The translations under genes were made by a program, and so were the position numbers. The notes under the pieces were generated by a model, which was not told where the DNA came from, did not search any database, and was given only the letters and a program-made list of their open reading frames with translations. A DNA stretch of 64,000 bases, taken from the NCBI GenBank assembly GCA_017539125.1, contig JAFYHO010000054.1, positions 12,171-76,170 on the forward strand, given 5' to 3'. How positions within the stretch are numbered: position 1 is the first letter of the stretch; every line of letters starts with the position of its first letter. The DNA comes from Actinomycetaceae bacterium. Its GTDB lineage: Bacteria > Actinomycetota > Actinomycetes > Actinomycetales > Actinomycetaceae. This document shows, piece after piece, positions 16,302 to 24,997 of this stretch.

Positions 16302-18398
16302 CTACTTGATTGGCTTCTCACCATACCAAGCAGTTCCTTCGGCTTTCCAACCGTGCTGGGCAATGAGTACATTCCATTCATTCGTATCTGTAGTGTAATG
16401 ATGCTGAGCTGGTTGCGGCAAATTCTGGTTGTACAACCTACGCAACTCCACACTCTTCTTTGGATCGGAGTACCACGCCACACCTTCGTATCTCCAGCCA
16501 TGCTGTGCAGTCAGCACAGATTTCTCATGAGAATCCATCGTGTAGTGATGCGCACTCGAAACTGGATTATACAAGCGATAAACCTCGTATCCTTTCGTTC
16601 CAGACTTAGGTGCACACCATGCCACTCCCTCATATTGCCATCCATATTTAGATACAAGAACATTCTTTTCATTTTGGTCTAATGTGTAGTGGTGCTTTCC
16701 GCCAATCCCAGGATTGTAAAGACGGAATACTTGCTTACCTGAACACTTCTTCTCAACAGGCACAGGCTTAGGTTGCGCAGCTGCACAGCCGTTATCATTG
16801 TTGTTTATATCGGCTGAATTATCTGAGAAGGCTTTGCCTTTAGAAGAGATGCAGTTATTTTTGAAGACGTTTCCTGCACCTTCTTTCGACCTAAGATCGA
16901 CCCATGTCTGTCCACCATAGTTCGCTTTGCTTGACACTCTATTGCCGCTAATTGTCGCCTTCTTTACGCCTGTCACATAGATTCCAAAGCGACCAGAAGA
17001 CCGCACAGTGTTATTCGTAATTTTGCAGCCTGAACCAGCTTTTTCAAGCTGGATTCCGTCTTGAGCGGAGTTTTCGATAACCGAGTTTTGGACAGTTACG
17101 ACTGACCCATTGGCGGCTCTGATGCCGTGCTGTCCCGCGTTACGGAAGGTCGATTTACTAATAGTTCCTTTCGAGGAACTATCGTAAGTAGCATTATTTT
17201 TTGCCGAATTAGAAATGGTCACGTTCGACAGATTGATTGTTGAACCATTCCTAGCCGAGATTCCATATTGAGAGTTATTCACTGTACAACCAGTCATGTC
17301 AAGCTTCGACTTGTCATCAACAAAAACAGCTACGTCAGAAGCGTTCTGCAGCTTGTGGCCAGAGCCAATACTCGCGGTTGACCCTTTTTGCATAAAAACA
17401 GAAGCGATGGAACCGTTACCAATCAACTTGGCATTTTTTGAATCAAGCGCATATAAGAAATTTATTGGGGCTGTTCCTGAAAGTTTGTTCTTCTCGATAA
17501 CTGCATTATCCATTGAAGCAAGAGTAATGACTCGCCCGGAAATCTTCTTGAAAGTATTACCGCGAACAGTTAATCCACCAACCTTTGATTTGTAAGCGCC
17601 ATTTTTAAGGGTAGCGATAGTACGATGATTTCCAACCGCAGAAATGACATTTTCAAACGTATTATTTTCTACAAGCACTTTTCCTGCTGGAGTTCCGTCT
17701 TTAACGGTGATTGCATTCTCTCCGTTATCTGCAAAATCGAGATGAATCACTTCAGTAACTGTGGCGGGTTTTGAGTTGTCGGCCCAAAATTCTGTATCGC
17801 TATTTGAAGCAATCACTTGGTTTTTGAAAGTACTATTTTTGATAACAACATTTGTCGACGCAGAAACATTGATGAAATGGTTGACACAATTTGTGACTGT
17901 CACCCGATCGAAAGTGATGTTTTTTCCATGACGAATCATGAATCCCCCGTTATTTGCCGTCTTTTGGCCTGAACGTGCCCCGCCGTCCCACGTGCCACCC
18001 ACGATTTCAATATCATGCGGACCGTTGTATCCTCTACTACCGTCAATATCTGAATAGACAATCAAGTGGTTACCACGAATAGTCGCACCGGAATCGGCAA
18101 CAACTTTAGTATTCGATGGAATCTTAAGTGGACCGCCAATCACATATGTGCCAGCCGGGATCCACACAACCCCTTTTTTCGAAGGTGTTCCTTGTGCCCC
18201 TGCTTGATTAAGAGCCGTCTGTAATGCTGACTGAGTTTGAGCAGATACGACAATAGCGCCTGCTGGTGGTGTTCCATTAGTTAAGACGACGGCATTTTTT
18301 GCCGCAGCAGCTTCGGCTGGAGCAATGTTTAAGAAAGCCCCTGCCGCTAAGAGCGTTCCCGCACACACCAAAGCAAATAAATTACGTGTCAATTTCAT
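16302..18398 (-). CDS. secreted right-handed beta-helix (pectate-lyase-fold) protein with three C-terminal RLYNP-HHYT-GW-EG repeats
   Basis: Start moved to MKLTRNLFALVCAGTLLAAGAFLNIAPAEA, a signal peptide, preceded by a GAAGGGA SD. The long central region has periodic N/T/G-rich turns such as NSTFKNQ, ENNTFENV, VRGNTFKK, ITNNTVRSS and ISGNRVSS. The last ~148 aa carry three repeats of about 40 aa. There is no LPXTG motif. Confidence 0.75.
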   Translation of the reverse strand: MKLTRNLFALVCAGTLLAAGAFLNIAPAEAAAAKNAVVLTNGTPPAGAIVVSAQTQSALQTALNQAGAQGTPSKKGVVWIPAGTYVIGGPLKIPSNTKVVADSGATIRGNHLIVYSDIDGSRGYNGPHDIEIVGGTWDGGARSGQKTANNGGFMIRHGKNITFDRVTVTNCVNHFINVSASTNVVIKNSTFKNQVIASNSDTEFWADNSKPATVTEVIHLDFADNGENAITVKDGTPAGKVLVENNTFENVISAVGNHRTIATLKNGAYKSKVGGLTVRGNTFKKISGRVITLASMDNAVIEKNKLSGTAPINFLYALDSKNAKLIGNGSIASVFMQKGSTASIGSGHKLQNASDVAVFVDDKSKLDMTGCTVNNSQYGISARNGSTINLSNVTISNSAKNNATYDSSSKGTISKSTFRNAGQHGIRAANGSVVTVQNSVIENSAQDGIQLEKAGSGCKITNNTVRSSGRFGIYVTGVKKATISGNRVSSKANYGGQTWVDLRSKEGAGNVFKNNCISSKGKAFSDNSADINNNDNGCAAAQPKPVPVEKKCSGKQVFRLYNPGIGGKHHYTLDQNEKNVLVSKYGWQYEGVAWCAPKSGTKGYEVYRLYNPVSSAHHYTMDSHEKSVLTAQHGWRYEGVAWYSDPKKSVELRRLYNQNLPQPAQHHYTTDTNEWNVLIAQHGWKAEGTAWYGEKPIK

Positions 18399-18648
18399 TG
18401 ATTTCCCTTCTACTACTTTCACCGATTAAATAGTGATTTTCCTGCATTTTAACAGAAGAAGATAAGTGCTACAACGAGAGAAAACAGTGTAGGCGCAATG
18501 GAGCCCCTTCATCGTAATCCGCTACTTATCTAAAAGCAGGCCTACCATCCGCATGTCAGGTGAACAAAACAATCTCAGGGAATGAATGTGATACAGTCAC
18601 ATCAAAAAGTAGTTACCGCTAAAGCCCATGCCTTGGGGAGAAGAAAAG

Positions 18649-19798
18649 ATGGATAAAACCACACCTAAGTCCACTAAAAGCAATCAAACTACACCAATAC
18701 GCACCCGAATTGCATGGTTGGCATTGCACGCTCTATTGCCATAATTTCCATTACTCTCAATCACGCGGTTAATAGGAGTTTTTCTGTCTATCACGGGCAG
18801 CATAACGAATTCGTTGAATTGCCGTTATGGGTTTCCGTTACTGAAGCAACTGTGGCCACATTCAGCCGACTTGGTGTCCCGCTTTTCTTGATGATTACAG
18901 GCGCATTGATGCTGCACAGGGATTATGAAAGCAAAGGACGCATCTCCCGTTTTCTCAAATATAATTGGCTTCAACTGCTTATTACAACCGAAATATGGTT
19001 GACGATAATGTTTTGGTATATACAGTTACTACCAAAGTCGGTTCTGCGTACAGACGGTATTGGAGAATGTCTGAAAGATTTTTTCTGTACTTTATTGTTC
19101 ATAGATCCAGTCACAATGGGAAATATGTGGTACATGTCGATGATACTGTGCGTCTACTTAATGATTCCGATTCTCGCAATAGGCCTTAAAAGAATTGATG
19201 TCCGCTTTTTGCTTTACCGATGGCTATCGTAATCTTCAGTAATTACATATTGCCAGACATTAATGCCGTGAAGAAAGTGTTGGGATTTGAAAAACAATTA
19301 ACTACTGAGCTTGCAGGTAACAATGTTTTTTCGATGTTTGTTGTATGCATACTTATTGGTTATTTCGTAGTTCATCATAATGTAATGGGAAAGATAAGCA
19401 CGCCAGTGCTCATCGGACTGACCATCGTATCTTTTGTTGCCTTCTGCGCATTTCAGCTTTGGTTTTTCTCCGCTGACTATGATTACGTAATCCGCTACAA
19501 CAGCTGCTTTCCCCTGATAACGGCAACATTTCTTTTTGAACTTTTACATAGGGCGCAACCTGGCAAACAGATTAGCAGGATTGCAGAAAAACTATCAAAA
19601 ATGGCTCTCGGAATTTACTTCGTCCATATTTGTATCATGGAAGGGCTTATGGCTCTTATTAATCACTATCACTGGGATATAACGCATTTGTCGAGACTTG
19701 CTTTTCTAGAGCTGGTTTCATTCTTTGGATCAATACTGATTATTCTGATTTGTGAAAAGTCGGAACTGATGAAAAAGTATCTTTTCATCATCAAGTAA
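18649..19798 (+). pseudogene. acyltransferase-3 family O-acyltransferase interrupted by two frameshifts
   Basis: Three frame-shifted pieces. 18649-18744 reads MDKTTPKSTKSNQTTPIRTRIAWL.... 18714-19232 reads ..VGIARSIAIISITLNH...GVPLFLMITGALM.... 19220-19798 holds further TM segments. RIAWL+GIARSIAI matches RLEWLDIAKGIAI of the intact paralogue at 27142-28218. The breaks coincide with a GG(G) run near 18717-18721 and a T5 run at 19206-19210. Confidence 0.65.
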
Positions 19799-19893
19799 GC
19801 TGTGCAATTGCATATCATTTATCCTCCTTAAGTTGCGTCTTTCCTTATCGGAGGAAATAATGAAGGGGACTGCACTACTGGGAAAGGTTCATC

Positions 19894-20958
19894 ATGTATT
19901 TCCTTGATGAGAAGGTTCGGAATCTTCATCGTATTTTTGATCAGAATGCTCGACGTGGCTATCTGCGTCTTGATTTGAACGAGAATCCTGGCGGTCTGCC
20001 TCAAGAACTTATTGATAAAGCCTTCGACGGGGTCATTACTCCCGAGTTTGTTGCACAGTACCCCGAAACTCTACATTTCACTGAGGTACTCGCGAAACAC
20101 TTGGGTACAGACATTTCCCATGTGTGCCTAACTAATGGTTCATCTGAAGCTATCCGTTACGTCATCGAAGCCTTTACCTCAGATAATGGTCGTATTGTTG
20201 GGGTTGTTCCCTCGTATTTCATGTTCCAGATTTATTCCGAAATGTACGGGAAAAATATCGTTCAGGTGCCGTATCGTGACGATTTGAGTATGTACGTGGA
20301 AGATATTATCGCTGAGCTAACCGAGGATACTGAGCTACTGATTTTACTCAACCCCAATAACCCCATGGGGAACGTCTATACCCGTGAAGAATTTGAACAG
20401 ATTATGACGGTCGCTAGGGAAAAGGAAATAACTGTCCTTGTCGATGAGGCCTACCATTATTTCTATCCAGAAACGTTCCTTGACTATGCCTTGAATGAAG
20501 AACACGTCTTTGTGACTCGTACTTTCTCCAAAGCCTTTTCCATGGCAGGGTGCCGCCTCGGCTATGTCATCGGCTGGCCTGAGGGTATTGCGATGGTTCA
20601 AAAGCTGTGTACGCCCCACAATACGAATGCTTTTGCCATGCAGATGGCAGAAACCATTTTGGAAACCCCTGGAGCAATCGAAGGTCTTATAGAGCGCTTC
20701 AGCAAAGGCCGTTCTTATCTTATCGACGCGCTCGATGAACATGGTTATAAGTATCAAGGCCAGGCAGGTAACTTCCTGTTTATTCAACCTAAAACAGATG
20801 CCCATACGATTGTTGCCCGTATGAAAGAAGAAAAGAAAATCCTCATCAAGGTATACCCCGATGTGGGCCATCTCGGCACCTGCCTACGCGTCACCATCGG
20901 AGAAAAGCAATATATGGAGCAATTCCTAAATGCCCTCCTAGAACTCGACCGCCTCTGA
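19894..20958 (+). CDS. class-II (HisC/CobD-type) PLP-dependent aminotransferase
   Basis: Motifs LDLNENPGGLP, NPNNPMG, and the PLP-lysine context TFSKAFSMAGCRLGY. Confidence 0.8.
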   Translation: MYFLDEKVRNLHRIFDQNARRGYLRLDLNENPGGLPQELIDKAFDGVITPEFVAQYPETLHFTEVLAKHLGTDISHVCLTNGSSEAIRYVIEAFTSDNGRIVGVVPSYFMFQIYSEMYGKNIVQVPYRDDLSMYVEDIIAELTEDTELLILLNPNNPMGNVYTREEFEQIMTVAREKEITVLVDEAYHYFYPETFLDYALNEEHVFVTRTFSKAFSMAGCRLGYVIGWPEGIAMVQKLCTPHNTNAFAMQMAETILETPGAIEGLIERFSKGRSYLIDALDEHGYKYQGQAGNFLFIQPKTDAHTIVARMKEEKKILIKVYPDVGHLGTCLRVTIGEKQYMEQFLNALLELDRL

Positions 20959-21063
20959 ACTCTGCTCGGCATTTTTGGCGCTTTAACTTGCGTCTTTTCC
21001 TAGAGAAAGAAATAATGAAAGTTAGATTGCCATTGCGATAAAACCGCGAGTAAAAGGATTCAT

Positions 21064-21909
21064 GTGAAGAATAACAAGACAGTTAGTAAACAATACTTGA
21101 CTCCTGTTGAGCTACACAGCGAACTTCTGTCTATTTTGCGAGCTTTCGCCTCTTTCTGCGATTCCCACAATCTCCGCTACACACTTGTCGGCGGCTCGAT
21201 GCTGGGCGCTGTGCGCCATCAAGGATTTATTCCATGGGACGACGATATTGATGTCGGTATGCCACGCCCCGACTATGAGAAGCTACGAACTCTCGAGGCT
21301 GAGTTTTACGAAGAGACAGGTTATAAGCTCTCTGGCTATCGTTCGCTCAAACTTAAAGATTCTCCAATGATAAAGATAGAAAATGAGCAGATTAACTGCT
21401 TGGAGATGGGGACAGTTCCCGTCAAGCTCTGGATTGACCTCGTTCCCGTTGACGGCCTTCCCGCAAACGACCGCTTGAACTGGGTGGTTTGCCAAAGCGC
21501 ATTTGTCGTGCGACGAGTCCTGTCAATCATGCTTACTCCACGTAATGAGCGCTCTGGCAGTTTTGGTGGATTTATCAAAGACAAAATCGTTGGCCCCACG
21601 ATATCGGCAGTGCCGGGTATTGCAGTTGCGACATCAAAACTTCTCACTACTATTGCGAGGCGAATTCCTTTCGGTTCTTCTGCTCACGCTGGCATCGTAG
21701 CTTTTGGTATATATCGCGACGCGGAACGTATCTCTTTGAATGGCTGGACGGAGACTGTAGAGGTAGATTTCGAGGGAGAGAAGTATCGTGGGATTAGCTG
21801 TTGGGACGAGTATTTAAGCCAGCTGTACGGCGATTACATGAAACTTCCGCCCGAGGAAAAACGCGAAACGCACGGGCTTAGCGCGTGGCGAGTAGAGGAG
21901 GAGCAATGA
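21064..21909 (+). CDS. licD: LicD-family phosphotransferase (paralogue 1)
   Basis: GTG start after an AAAAGGA SD. Motifs GGSMLGAVRHQGFIPWDDDIDVGMPRPDYEKL and C-terminal LYGDYMKLPPEEKRETH. Confidence 0.85.
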   Translation: MKNNKTVSKQYLTPVELHSELLSILRAFASFCDSHNLRYTLVGGSMLGAVRHQGFIPWDDDIDVGMPRPDYEKLRTLEAEFYEETGYKLSGYRSLKLKDSPMIKIENEQINCLEMGTVPVKLWIDLVPVDGLPANDRLNWVVCQSAFVVRRVLSIMLTPRNERSGSFGGFIKDKIVGPTISAVPGIAVATSKLLTTIARRIPFGSSAHAGIVAFGIYRDAERISLNGWTETVEVDFEGEKYRGISCWDEYLSQLYGDYMKLPPEEKRETHGLSAWRVEEEQ

Positions 21910-22736
21910 GCGAGCTTCTCAGCCTCGAAGAGCTGCAAAAAGTGTATATAGAGCTCCTCGCGGATTTTGACAGCATATGTTCTGCGCACGGTTTGCGTTA
22001 TGACCTGTGTGGTGGCTCGATGCTGGGCGCTGTGCGTCACGAGGGCTTCATTCCGTGGGATGATGATGCAGACGTGTCGATGCCGCGTCCTGATTATGAC
22101 CGCCTCATCGAGTTGGCGCTCGCGGGCGAACTGCAACTTCCAGAAGGCCGTGAAATTGTCTGCCAGCAGGCAGGAACTTTTGCACGCCCCTACGCTCGTC
22201 TTGTCCGCCATGATGTGGAGAGAGTTGCACAGTATTTGAGTGATGATGACTGCCCTTATATTGGGCTTGATATTTTCACGGTTGACGGTTTCCCTTCGTC
22301 TAACGTAGCTTTTAAGGCACAAACAAAACTTCTCAAAGCCTTGCGTTCGGCGCTTCTTGTCTCCCTATCCAAGCCGGGAACGTCCTCGCGTTCTGGAGCC
22401 GTGGCAAAAGCTAAAGATGTGCTTCGCCCGCCGCTTCAAGCAATCGGTTCTATGCATCTTGCTGCCCTTTATGAAAAAATGTGCCGTCTCGTGCCGTATT
22501 CCAAGGCAGAATATGTCGGTATTGCTAACGGGATGTACGGAACGAAAGAGCGCTGGCGCAAGGACGATATGCTGCCGCAGCAGCAGTGGAAATTTGAGGG
22601 CTTATCCTTGCCGGGTTATCGCAATGCCGATATGTATTTGTCGAACTTGTACGGCTCATACATGGATTTGCCGCCCGAATCAGAGCGCGAACCTCACTGC
22701 GACGAGGCGCGTTGGGCCGGAAAGGACACACAATGA
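21906..22736 (+). CDS. licD: LicD-family phosphotransferase (paralogue 2)
   Basis: I take the start as ATG 21906, which forms an ATGA overlap with the upstream stop and is preceded by GGAGGA. Motifs GGSMLGAVRHEGFIPWDDDADVSMPRPDYDRL and LYGSYMDLPPESEREPH. Confidence 0.85.
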   Translation: MSELLSLEELQKVYIELLADFDSICSAHGLRYDLCGGSMLGAVRHEGFIPWDDDADVSMPRPDYDRLIELALAGELQLPEGREIVCQQAGTFARPYARLVRHDVERVAQYLSDDDCPYIGLDIFTVDGFPSSNVAFKAQTKLLKALRSALLVSLSKPGTSSRSGAVAKAKDVLRPPLQAIGSMHLAALYEKMCRLVPYSKAEYVGIANGMYGTKERWRKDDMLPQQQWKFEGLSLPGYRNADMYLSNLYGSYMDLPPESEREPHCDEARWAGKDTQ

Positions 22737-23566
22737 CATCGGATTTGCGTCGTCTTCAACTTGAAGAGCTTGCTATTCTTGAGGATTTTGTTGCTGCCTG
22801 CGAGGAATACGGGCTTCGCTACTATCTGCTTGGCGGCACTTTACTGGGCGCCGTGAGGCACAAGGGTTTTATTCCATGGGACGATGATGTCGACGTAGCG
22901 ATGCCGCGCGTCGATTACGACCGTCTCATTTCTTTGTGGGATTCACGCGAATGTGAATACACAATGGTTACACCCGATACTCCCGGCTATCGTTATCCGT
23001 GGGCGCGCCTCGAATCATCGCGAGTACGTATCCGTAATCATTCAGCGAATGTTCCACGTATTGAAAACGCGTGGATTGATATTATTCCTTTTGATTCAAT
23101 ACCCGATAATCCTGTGCTCCGCACCTTACATAAAACACGGCTTTCTCTGTGGTGGAATCTCAATCAAATTGTGCAATTTGATGAGCTTGTCGACCAAAAA
23201 CGTCAGCGTTCTTTGCCAGGCAGACTCGCTATTTCTCTTGCGTCTAAGTTCAAGTGGATTGGTTCGCTTGTTGATTATAAGACGACGTTGCGTGGCCTCA
23301 ATCGAACGCTCATGAAGTATCCGTACGATATGGACACTCGCGATATTATTAACTTCCTTGCCGCCTATGGCTTTGACGAGATTTTCCCTAGGCAGGCCTT
23401 TGCCGAGACAGCTTTGTATGACTTTGAAGGTAGGCAATTTGTTGGTCCGAAAGATTACCACGAGGTGTGTCTTCGCATTTACGGCGATAGCTACATGGAG
23501 CTTCCTCCTGAAGACGAACGCAATAAGCACAATGCAGAAATTCTCGATGATGACGAATTAGGGTAG
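22733..23566 (+). CDS. licD: LicD-family phosphotransferase (paralogue 3)
   Basis: I take the start as ATG 22733, which forms an ATGA overlap with the upstream stop and is preceded by AAAGGA. Motifs GGTLLGAVRHKGFIPWDDDVDVAMPRVDYDRL and IYGDSYMELPPEDERNKH. Confidence 0.85.
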   Translation: MTSDLRRLQLEELAILEDFVAACEEYGLRYYLLGGTLLGAVRHKGFIPWDDDVDVAMPRVDYDRLISLWDSRECEYTMVTPDTPGYRYPWARLESSRVRIRNHSANVPRIENAWIDIIPFDSIPDNPVLRTLHKTRLSLWWNLNQIVQFDELVDQKRQRSLPGRLAISLASKFKWIGSLVDYKTTLRGLNRTLMKYPYDMDTRDIINFLAAYGFDEIFPRQAFAETALYDFEGRQFVGPKDYHEVCLRIYGDSYMELPPEDERNKHNAEILDDDELG

Positions 23567-23650
23567 GATTGAGCACATGAGCGCCCTGACTGTCAAAGAC
23601 AATAAGCGACCTGCGGAGGCTCTGGACGTTTTGCATCGGCGAGGTATTGT

Positions 23651-24985
23651 ATGAAAAAGGTACTGACATACGGCACGTATGATTTGCTCCATCATGGGCA
23701 TATTGCTTTGCTTGAGCGTGCCAAGGCTCTCGGCGATTATCTGATTGTCGGTATTACTTCCGACCAGTTCGACCGTGACCGTGGCAAGCTGAATGTACGG
23801 CAGTCCCTTGTCGAGCGAATCCGCGCAGTCGAAGCCCTTGGGATTGCAGACGAAATCATTGTCGAGGAATATCAAGGGCAAAAGATTGACGATATCGTCG
23901 CCCATGACGTCGATATTTTCACGGTCGGCTCCGATTGGGTGGGCAAGTTTGACTATCTACGTGAGTATTGCGAGGTTGTCTATCTTGAGCGAACGGCAGG
24001 GGTTTCTTCCTCGGAGATTCGCGAGGAAGAATCAGGGATTGTGCGCCTCGGCATCATTGGCGGCGGCTCTCGCGCTCTCAGATTTGCCCGCGAATGTCAG
24101 TATGTCTCTGGTGTAGAGATTATTGGTGTGACGGCAGCTAATTCAGGGGGCGATTCATCTTTCGCTGACGGCATGTCTCTGCTGGTCTATTCGTCTCTGG
24201 CTGAGTTACTCCCCGATATTGACGCGCTCTACATTATTGACACCGTCGATACGCACGCCACGCTTATTACCCAAGCGCTTGAGGCAGATTGTCACGTCAT
24301 CTGCGAGACCCCGATGTTCATGTCTGAGCACGAAGCACGTGAAGCTTTTGCTTTGGCTGAATCTCGCGGGCTTGTTCTTTTTGAAGCTGTCAAGACCTTG
24401 TGGGCTCCCGCCTTTAGGCGCTTGCTTCTTCTCGTAGAATCGGGCGCTATTGGCGAGGTTAAAGCCATTGATGTTGCCTGTACCCAGATTCCCGCTGATT
24501 TGAAGAGGGTGCGCGAAAACGTTTATGAGGGCAGTCTGTATGACTGGGGAACGCTTGTTCTCCTACCTATCTTCCAGCTCCTGGGAACGTCCTATCATTC
24601 TTGCGAACTTTACGAGATGAAAGACGGCGATTTTTCTGCTTTCGTTCGTGGAAATATCGCTTATGAGAATGCCATCGCAACTTTCTCTGCTGGTCGAGGA
24701 ATAAAGAGTGAAGGTCACCTTATCATTACCGGTACTGAAGGATATATTTACGTTCCTGCTCCGTGGTGGAAGCCCGAGTACTTCGAGATTCGTCATGAAG
24801 ACTTACGCGAAACAAAGCGTTTCTCTTTCGCTTTCGAGGGCGAGGGCATGCGATACGAGATTTTGGAGTTTATCGCCATGATTCGCACTAGAAATCTCGA
24901 CAACCGTCTTCTTTCCAAGGACCACATCTTCGCTGTTGCAGATATTATTTCTCGCCTGCACATTGGGGATACTGTCCAAATCTAG
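23651..24985 (+). CDS. bifunctional protein: TagD-like glycerol-3-phosphate cytidylyltransferase (N-terminal) fused to a Gfo/Idh/MocA oxidoreductase (C-terminal)
   Basis: The N-terminal ~130 aa read MKKVLTYGTYDLLHHGHIALLERAKALGDYLIVGITSDQF...FTVGSDWVGKFDYL...ERTAGVSSSEIR, with an HxGH motif and close resemblance to B. subtilis TagD. The remaining ~310 aa start VRLGIIGGGSRALRFA..., a Rossmann fold, and continue ...HVICETPM..., which is Gfo/Idh/MocA-like. Confidence 0.8.
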   Translation: MKKVLTYGTYDLLHHGHIALLERAKALGDYLIVGITSDQFDRDRGKLNVRQSLVERIRAVEALGIADEIIVEEYQGQKIDDIVAHDVDIFTVGSDWVGKFDYLREYCEVVYLERTAGVSSSEIREEESGIVRLGIIGGGSRALRFARECQYVSGVEIIGVTAANSGGDSSFADGMSLLVYSSLAELLPDIDALYIIDTVDTHATLITQALEADCHVICETPMFMSEHEAREAFALAESRGLVLFEAVKTLWAPAFRRLLLLVESGAIGEVKAIDVACTQIPADLKRVRENVYEGSLYDWGTLVLLPIFQLLGTSYHSCELYEMKDGDFSAFVRGNIAYENAIATFSAGRGIKSEGHLIITGTEGYIYVPAPWWKPEYFEIRHEDLRETKRFSFAFEGEGMRYEILEFIAMIRTRNLDNRLLSKDHIFAVADIISRLHIGDTVQI

Positions 24986-24997
24986 GAGATGTGCTAT

